Shown one piece after another: positions 7,022 through 12,994 of a stretch of DNA of 12,994 nucleotides. A program made the position numbers and the translations under genes. How positions within the stretch are numbered: position 1 is the first letter of the stretch; each line of letters opens with the position of its first letter. The notes under the pieces are model-generated. The model was not told the origin of the DNA and searched no databases. It saw only the letters and a list, made by a program, of their open reading frames with translations. The DNA is from Promethearchaeati archaeon (GTDB lineage: Archaea; Asgardarchaeota; Heimdallarchaeia; Heimdallarchaeales; Heimdallarchaeaceae), in the NCBI GenBank assembly GCA_013166775.1, contig JABLTJ010000049.1, positions 1-12,994 of the forward strand, in the 5' to 3' direction.

Positions 7022-7360
7022 ATGGTTAATGTAAACATAGGACATAATCCTAGTCTAACTCATGAGAAAGCTATGGAGATATTTAGAAAACATCTTCAAT
7101 TTGAAGTTACAACTGGAAAAGTCTGGGGTAATTATTTCTTAGTTATCAAAGATAATCTTGTTAGTGCAGCTATAAAAATAAAACAAAAAGAAAATGAAAC
7201 AATAATAGAAGTTAAAGGATATATTCATGAATTTTACATGAGATTATTATTAATTTTCTTTTGTTTTCTACCATACTACATAGTTTGGCTAGGTCCAGCT
7301 GCAAATTTTGCAAAAGAAATTGCTAAATTCATTGAAACTTGCCCAGATTTTAAAACATAA
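7022..7360 (+). CDS. Hypothetical small membrane protein
   Basis: Track ORF 7013..7360. ATG 7022 is preferred because it follows GAGGGATGAT. It has a beta-rich N-terminal part and one hydrophobic segment (LLLIFFCFLPYYIVWLG). Confidence 0.7.
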   Translation: MVNVNIGHNPSLTHEKAMEIFRKHLQFEVTTGKVWGNYFLVIKDNLVSAAIKIKQKENETIIEVKGYIHEFYMRLLLIFFCFLPYYIVWLGPAANFAKEIAKFIETCPDFKT

Positions 7361-7463
7361 TAAAAAACAAATTAAGCAGCACTAAATTTCTTACAAATCA
7401 ATACGGATGCATCATTGATACAGGAAACCATTGATTTCAATAAATGGCAAAAATCAGTTTGAC

Positions 7464-7482
7464 TTCTTTTTAAGAAAAAGAA
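7464..7482. terminator. Back-to-back T-tract inverted repeat; candidate bidirectional terminator
   Basis: TTCTTTTT-AAG-AAAAAGAA lies between convergent genes ending at 7360 and 7510. Confidence 0.45.
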
Positions 7483-7509
7483 CCATTAAGTTTCTGAATT
7501 CCGTTGTTA

Positions 7510-8811
7510 TTAATTTGTTTTTACTTCTTCACTTACTGGTTCATCATTAGTAGTCTTCTTCTTTTTGAAGAATCTAGCAAGACTCTTTTTCTTTGTTATA
7601 CTCATGCCAAAAATAAATCTCAGAGCATTTAGCTCTCGAATTATGAGTATAAGTGGAACAATAATAGCTAAAGAAATCAAGAAGATTAGTAAAAATTCAC
7701 TGATAACTAGATAGTCTAGTTGTACAATGTAGAAACCAACTGCACTTACTATAACAAAATGAGTAATATAAAATGGCAATACAAGTTCATTCAAAGTTTT
7801 TACTGCTTTACTTTTCTTATTCAGATATCTATCACCAAGATAAAGAATTATTATTATGCAACTCCAAGAGAAAACCACTCGAGCGAAGAGGAATGGTATT
7901 ACAAGAGTTGTGAAACCGGAATTAACCCATATTTCCTCTAAAAATAATGTATTCATGGTAATTTGTGTTCCTAATGAAAACAATCCCAGAACTATAGCAA
8001 TGATGAAGTTCTTTTTTAGTGCTAATCTAAATTGCTTATCATAAGCAAATAAGAAGCCATAGAAGAGGAAGAATATGTACGAAAGAAAGTCCCAACCTCC
8101 GAGTCTTGGAAAATCTCTATAAAAACTTGAATGTAATACTTCTAAAATGTAAACTGGTATAATTAAGAGAAAAATAGTTCCTGGTTCTTTAAAGAAAGAA
8201 GCAATTTTAGAAAAACTTGATCTGAATCTCTCTCTCCTTAAGTAAGCGAAAAGATATACTGTTGATACAGTGAATAAGAATAGGATAAATAAGAACCACA
8301 AATGATGCCCGAAAACAGAGAAGTTTCCGCCAAATCCGTAAACACCATTGTAGTAGTTGGGATAGAATTCAAAGAATGTGGATGAGATAAATCCCTTATT
8401 GGTATATTCTAGAAAAACAAGAAGCGAGATGTAAGTGAATATTCCAATCATGAATGGTACAATAAGTCGGATAAAGCGAATTAGTATGTATTTGTTTGTT
8501 TTGATTTTTCTCTCTTCCATGAACCCTAAAGCATAAAATGTGCTCATACCCGCGATGATAAAGAAGAGAGGTAATCCTATAGCTGTTAAATAATTCAAAT
8601 TTGCTGTTATCTTGTAAGAACTCAGCGGTATGGTTCCGTTAACGAAATCAACTGGATTATTTTTAACATTAAACGGATCAGTATCAAAAAATTTGGAACA
8701 ATGATATATGAAAACAATAAAAATGGTTATCACTCGTAACCAATCTAAATCGTATCGTCTTTCTAGTTCTGAAAAAGTTCTATTTGCTGATTCATCAATT
8801 GTATTTGTCAT
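7510..8811 (-). CDS. Acyltransferase_3 family (OpgC-like) integral membrane acyltransferase, copy D
   Basis: Motifs RRYDLDWLR, YHC, LFFIIAG, RFIRLIVPF, HHLWFL and FYITH. About 10 TM helices and no SGNH domain. Confidence 0.93.
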   Translation of the reverse strand: MTNTIDESANRTFSELERRYDLDWLRVITIFIVFIYHCSKFFDTDPFNVKNNPVDFVNGTIPLSSYKITANLNYLTAIGLPLFFIIAGMSTFYALGFMEERKIKTNKYILIRFIRLIVPFMIGIFTYISLLVFLEYTNKGFISSTFFEFYPNYYNGVYGFGGNFSVFGHHLWFLFILFLFTVSTVYLFAYLRRERFRSSFSKIASFFKEPGTIFLLIIPVYILEVLHSSFYRDFPRLGGWDFLSYIFFLFYGFLFAYDKQFRLALKKNFIIAIVLGLFSLGTQITMNTLFLEEIWVNSGFTTLVIPFLFARVVFSWSCIIIILYLGDRYLNKKSKAVKTLNELVLPFYITHFVIVSAVGFYIVQLDYLVISEFLLIFLISLAIIVPLILIIRELNALRFIFGMSITKKKSLARFFKKKKTTNDEPVSEEVKTN

Positions 8812-8830
8812 TCAAGGTATTTCCATATCT

Positions 8831-10093
8831 TCATTGATTATATGTTTTTGAATTAGAGGTTTCATCTGATAGCAATTCTGTTTCAATCACTTTTTCCTTT
8901 TTCGTTCTTCTCAATAATCCCTTCTTCCATCTCATGCCAAAAATAAATCGAAGCGGATTTATGTACTTGATAATTATCGTGAGTAAAACACATACTGCAA
9001 ATGATGTTGAGAGGATGATGAAATATTTTCCAATATAATTTATACTCAATTGAACAATGAAAAAGCCAATTACAACAATCACTGTTTGATGCATTACATA
9101 GAAAGGCATAACAAGCTCATTGAGGAATTTCCTTGCTCTATTATTCCGGTTCAGGAATTTACTTCCCATGGCAAAGAGAGCTAATAAGCAACTCCAACTA
9201 TAGAAAACTCCTAGTAAGGATACAAGAACAACAAATAATGTTTCTCCCAATTGAACTTGATAGGTAAACGAGAAATAAAGTCCCACTCCAGTTAATATAG
9301 CAGTTATTAATGCAGGGATACCATGTTTTTCTATTGTTTTCTTAAACTTAAGATTAGAGGCGAATAGATACCCATAGATGAAATAGACAAAGTATGTAAG
9401 AATGCTCCATCCGCCTAAAGTATAGATATATTTATCTGCACCGGTAATCCGAATGACAAATTCAATCAATATTATTGGTATCGGGAAAAGGTAAAGTATT
9501 CCAGGTTTGTTCAAGAAATTCGTGAATTTGTCAAGTCTATCAAGATTCTTGTCTTTACTAAAATAAACTGCTCCAGGCAATAATAACAATGAGATGACAA
9601 GAAGTACAGCTAAAAACCATAAATGTAATCCGAGAAATGCAAAATTACCATCACCATAACCGTATCCTCCTTGGAAATATTGAGGAAACCATTCGAAAAA
9701 TGTTCCAGTAAAATCTCCGTGAGAAACTCTTTCAAGATAAACTTGAATTGGTATATGTGAAAACATACCTATCATAAATGGAACTAATAACCTAATAACT
9801 CTGGATAATGCATATTGTTTACCTGTTACGAATCGAAGTGCAAAAAAAGTACCCATTCCAGCAATTATGAAAAATATTGGCATTCCAAATCCACCCAGAT
9901 AATAAACTAATAATGTTGCAGTTTTGCTGAGAATGTCATTTTTTACGTGCCAATCTGAAGCACTATCAAAAAATCTAGTACAATGAAAAACAAATACAAG
10001 TAATATACCAATAATTCTCAACCAATCAAGATCATATCTTCTATCGAAAGCTCGATTACTTGCTGGTGATTTTTCTTCAATTATTTCAGACAA
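8831..10093 (-). CDS. Acyltransferase_3 family (OpgC-like), copy C
   Basis: Motifs RRYDLDWLR, FHC, MPIFFIIAG, RVIRLLVPF, LHLWFL and FYVMHQ. The TTG start is preceded by CGGAGATTAGATA. Confidence 0.93.
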   Translation of the reverse strand: MSEIIEEKSPASNRAFDRRYDLDWLRIIGILLVFVFHCTRFFDSASDWHVKNDILSKTATLLVYYLGGFGMPIFFIIAGMGTFFALRFVTGKQYALSRVIRLLVPFMIGMFSHIPIQVYLERVSHGDFTGTFFEWFPQYFQGGYGYGDGNFAFLGLHLWFLAVLLVISLLLLPGAVYFSKDKNLDRLDKFTNFLNKPGILYLFPIPIILIEFVIRITGADKYIYTLGGWSILTYFVYFIYGYLFASNLKFKKTIEKHGIPALITAILTGVGLYFSFTYQVQLGETLFVVLVSLLGVFYSWSCLLALFAMGSKFLNRNNRARKFLNELVMPFYVMHQTVIVVIGFFIVQLSINYIGKYFIILSTSFAVCVLLTIIIKYINPLRFIFGMRWKKGLLRRTKKEKVIETELLSDETSNSKTYNQ

Positions 10094-10121
10094 TATCTAA
10101 TCTCCGGTAGTTTTAACAATA

Positions 10122-11393
10122 CTAGTTCTCCTCTTCAATTTTTGAAGTTTCCGTAGTTTGAATCGTTACTTCCACTTTTGGTTTTCTTTGTAGCAAACCC
10201 TTTTTCCACCTCATACCAAATAAGACTCGTAGTGGATTGAGGTATTTTATAATAACCAGTAAAACAGCAATTATTGCTAAGGAAGAAGAACTAATAATCA
10301 AATACTTCGAGATCATTAATAGACTGTCAACTGGAATAATGAAATAACCTATAACAATAATTATTGTTTGATGAAGAACATAAAATGGCATTACTAGTTC
10401 ATTGAGGAATTTCCTTGCTTTACTATTTTTGTTCATGAATTTACTGCCCAATCCCAATAGTAATATCACTGAACTCCAGCCATAAATTGGAAAAATAATC
10501 CAATAAATAGTCTTCATATAATTAATACCTACAGAGACATAATCAGGATCAAAAAGAGTATCATATTTGAAGATATAAAAAATAATCATTGAGATCCCAG
10601 TTAGTGCAGTCACTATTAATGCTGGAATTATTTGTTTCTCTATAGATTCCTTGAAGTTCTTATTTGATGCTATTAAGAATCCAAAGAAGATGAAAATGAT
10701 ATAAGTGTAAAATGAATATCCTCCAATATAGGGTAATATAGCTCCAAGTGAATTATTTAGTTGTTCAAGTAAAATGACTGGAATTACAAGTGAAAATATT
10801 ACTCCTGGTTTAGCAAGAAAAGAAGTCACATTTAACAAACGTTTGTAAGTCTTTTCTCTTCTTAAAAGAACAAATGGCCCAATTAAAATTAAAGAGTAAA
10901 CAAATAGAATCACTAAAAACCACAAATGATGACCAAGGGCTGGAAAAACACCATTTGGGGTCATTTTATAAACACCGAAAAACAGCTCTTGAGTAAAAAA
11001 TTGGAAAAAATTCCCAGTATAATTAAATGGAGGTAATTTGGCTTCCAGAAAAACCTGCAAGGGAATGTGAGTAAAAATACCAATAACAAATGGAACCAAT
11101 AATCGAATTGATCGAAGTAATGTGTATTTACCTGCTGAAACATAATTAAGTGCATAAAAAGTACCCATTCCACTTATTACGAAAAACAAAGGCAAAATAA
11201 AAGCATAACCAAAAGACATTCCACCCTTCAAGTAAGCACTAATTGCTTCATTTTTAATATGCCAATCTTCTGCATCAAAAAACCTTGAGCAATGATAAAA
11301 GAAAACAAGAACGATGGCTATAATTCTTAGCCAATCAAGGTCATATCTTCTTTCGACTTTTGGTATGTGTGAATACTTTTTCAAAGGCTCCAA
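10122..11393 (-). CDS. Acyltransferase_3 family (OpgC-like), copy B
   Basis: Motifs RRYDLDWLR, LFFVISG, RSIRLLVPF, HHLWFL and FYVLHQ. The track starts at 11408. TTG 11393 is preferred because it follows GGAGA and aligns with MEPLEK of copy A. Confidence 0.92.
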   Translation of the reverse strand: MEPLKKYSHIPKVERRYDLDWLRIIAIVLVFFYHCSRFFDAEDWHIKNEAISAYLKGGMSFGYAFILPLFFVISGMGTFYALNYVSAGKYTLLRSIRLLVPFVIGIFTHIPLQVFLEAKLPPFNYTGNFFQFFTQELFFGVYKMTPNGVFPALGHHLWFLVILFVYSLILIGPFVLLRREKTYKRLLNVTSFLAKPGVIFSLVIPVILLEQLNNSLGAILPYIGGYSFYTYIIFIFFGFLIASNKNFKESIEKQIIPALIVTALTGISMIIFYIFKYDTLFDPDYVSVGINYMKTIYWIIFPIYGWSSVILLLGLGSKFMNKNSKARKFLNELVMPFYVLHQTIIIVIGYFIIPVDSLLMISKYLIISSSSLAIIAVLLVIIKYLNPLRVLFGMRWKKGLLQRKPKVEVTIQTTETSKIEEEN

Positions 11394-11465
11394 AGATGCA
11401 GTCTCCAAAAAATACCTATAATATATTTTGATTCCTTATAATCTTTATTCAAATTAAAATCTCTT

Positions 11466-11503
11466 GAAATAAAAAAAAGAAAATTAGATACCAATTGGTA
11501 TCT
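11466..11503 (-). terminator. Hairpin plus U-tract terminator after AT3 copy A
   Basis: Perfect 18-bp palindrome AGATACCAATTGGTATCT (11486-11503), followed on the minus strand by AATTTTCTTTTTTTTATTTC. Confidence 0.75.
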
Positions 11504-11519
11504 TTTGTTACTTACTGCT

Positions 11520-12755
11520 TTATTTTTCTTCAGTAATTTCTGATGTATCTGCAGTTTGACTGACTGCTTCCACTTTCGGCTTTCTTTGCAGTAAGCCTTT
11601 TTTCCATCTCATACCGAATAAGACGCGAAGTGGATTGAGGTATCTAATTATCACTAGTAGTATGCCAATTATAGCCAAGGATGATGAAACAATAATTAGG
11701 TACTTTACCATCATTGGTAACGATAATTGAATAATATAAAATCCAATCACAACGATTACTGTTTGATGTAATATGAAGAAAGGCATAACCAGTTCATTCA
11801 TGAATTTTCTAGCTTTATTATTTTTATTCAAAAATTTAATGCCTAATCCCATTGTTAAAACTACTGAACACCAACCATAAATCGGATAGAGAACCCAATA
11901 AACTGCATCCCAGTAATTTGCACCATATGTTCCAACATAAATTAAAACCATCATTGATACTCCAAATGCCATAACTCCAATTAATGCTGGAATGATTTGT
12001 TTCTCAATTGATTCCTTAAAATTCTCATTTGACGCAATTAAGAAGCCAATGAAATAGAATAGGATATATGTAGTAAATGTATAACCTCCCAATAGGCCTA
12101 AGGGAGTGCCAAAATGAGTGTGTATTTGTTCAACTATAATAACTGGTAGTACAAAAGTAAAAATTACTCCTGGTTTAGCTAGAAAAGATGTCACTTTTAG
12201 CAATCCATTGTAAGTATTCTCTCTTCGTAAAAGAAAGAATGGGCCAATTAAAATTAAAGAGTAAACAAATAGAAGCACTAAGAACCACAAATGATTACCT
12301 AATAATGGAAAAGCACCACCAAAATCATAAATTCCATTGTTAAACAATATTGTACCATAAAATTCAAAGAAACTTACTCCAGTAATTACTCCTGAGGATA
12401 CTGCATCAAGATACACTTGTACAGGAATATGTGTGAATATTCCAATAATAAAAGGAACCATTAACCTAATAGCTCTCATTAGTGTGTATGTTCCTGCTTT
12501 TACATAATTTAAGGCATAGAATGAACTCATTCCAGCTATAACAAAAAACAAAGGTAAAATAAGACCAGTTCCGAGTGACATACATCTTGCTATATGCATA
12601 CTTGTTTCGGTATTATTTATAATCCAAGTTTCTGAACCAAATATCAATGCACTATGATAAAAAAACACAAGAACAATTGATATCATCCGTAACCAATCTA
12701 AATCAAATCGTCTTTCGACTTTCGGAATATATGAAAATTTTTCCAAGGGTTCCAT
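11520..12755 (-). CDS. Acyltransferase_3 family (OpgC-like), copy A
   Basis: Motifs RRFDLDWLR, LFFVIAG, RAIRLMVPF, NHLWFL and FFILHQ. The track starts at 12797. ATG 12755 is preferred because it follows CGGAGATTA and aligns with copy B. Confidence 0.92.
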   Translation of the reverse strand: MEPLEKFSYIPKVERRFDLDWLRMISIVLVFFYHSALIFGSETWIINNTETSMHIARCMSLGTGLILPLFFVIAGMSSFYALNYVKAGTYTLMRAIRLMVPFIIGIFTHIPVQVYLDAVSSGVITGVSFFEFYGTILFNNGIYDFGGAFPLLGNHLWFLVLLFVYSLILIGPFFLLRRENTYNGLLKVTSFLAKPGVIFTFVLPVIIVEQIHTHFGTPLGLLGGYTFTTYILFYFIGFLIASNENFKESIEKQIIPALIGVMAFGVSMMVLIYVGTYGANYWDAVYWVLYPIYGWCSVVLTMGLGIKFLNKNNKARKFMNELVMPFFILHQTVIVVIGFYIIQLSLPMMVKYLIIVSSSLAIIGILLVIIRYLNPLRVLFGMRWKKGLLQRKPKVEAVSQTADTSEITEEK

Positions 12756-12827
12756 ATGTATAATCTCCGAGAAATATCTATCATATATTATAATCATTTA
12801 TAATTATTGCTCGAAAAAAATCCTTCA

Positions 12828-12869
12828 GAAATAAAAAAAAAGAGAAAATTAGATGCCTAATAGGCATCT
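12828..12869 (-). terminator. Hairpin plus U-tract terminator after the partial right-edge gene
   Basis: AGATGCCTA-A-TAGGCATCT (12851-12869), followed on the minus strand by AATTTTCTC, a run of about 9 T, then ATTTC. The hairpin starts about 10 nt after the stop. Confidence 0.75.
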
Positions 12870-12878
12870 GTAAATGAC

Positions 12879-12994
12879 TTAAAGCTCAGCTTCTTCTGAG
12901 GAAACGACGCTAGTTTCACCAGCAGGCTTAGTCTTGTATTTAATCTCGATAGTGGTATTTGGTTCGATTGCTTCAAAGGTCCACTTGAGCACTT
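12879..12994 (-). CDS. 3' end of a gene entering from the right edge; beta-sandwich/Ig-like C-terminus
   Basis: Manual translation gives ...VLKWTFEAIEPNTTIEIKYKTKPAGETSVVSSEEAEL* (TAA 12881-12879). The LxWxFxxIxPxxxxxIxY pattern is DUF11/Ig-like. A terminator follows. Confidence 0.7.
   Translation of the reverse strand, partial: VLKWTFEAIEPNTTIEIKYKTKPAGETSVVSSEEAEL

Noticed and set aside
7720-8044. Two short plus-strand ORFs (7720..7941 and 7856..8044)
   Set aside because: Both are antisense shadows within AT3 copy D.
10961-11173. 70-aa alternative-frame ORF
   Set aside because: It is nested out of frame in AT3 copy B with no independent support.
7510-12755. Assigning the gene symbol opgC/mdoC
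   Set aside because: The similarity is family-level only and there is no periplasmic glucan pathway context in the window.
11466-12869. Repeated palindromes as CRISPR repeats, attC sites or IS ends
   Set aside because: There are only two copies about 1.37 kb apart, with no spacers, integrase, transposase or target duplication. Cassette duplication explains them.

Overview
AT-rich window (roughly 30% GC by eye). GGTGA/GGAGA Shine-Dalgarno sites, TATA-like boxes, oligo-T terminators and a Thr-rich/TM/basic-tail surface anchor suggest an archaeon, plausibly Asgard (Heimdallarchaeia-like); this is inferred, not proven. The left part holds a 5'-truncated TSP3-repeat surface-protein remnant and two gap-free paralogues of a 118-aa membrane protein. 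One paralogue carries a single Trp->TGA stop and is missed by the ORF track. Between them lie a 2-TM protein and a PadR + HAAS-RDD pair. The middle holds a single-HKD PLD-family protein with a Cys tail, a tandem GNAT-like protein, a 4-OT-family tautomerase lacking the canonical arginines, and a CoA-dependent acyltransferase with the plant/fungal BAHD motif set (HxxxDG, YFGN, DFGxG). The right part holds four tandem stand-alone acyltransferase_3 (OpgC-like) genes. The two rightmost derive from a terminator+promoter+gene duplication whose hairpins show compensatory base changes. The most interesting signals are the BAHD-type enzyme and the clustering of three unrelated acyltransferase folds. No rRNA, tRNA, CRISPR array or transposase was seen.
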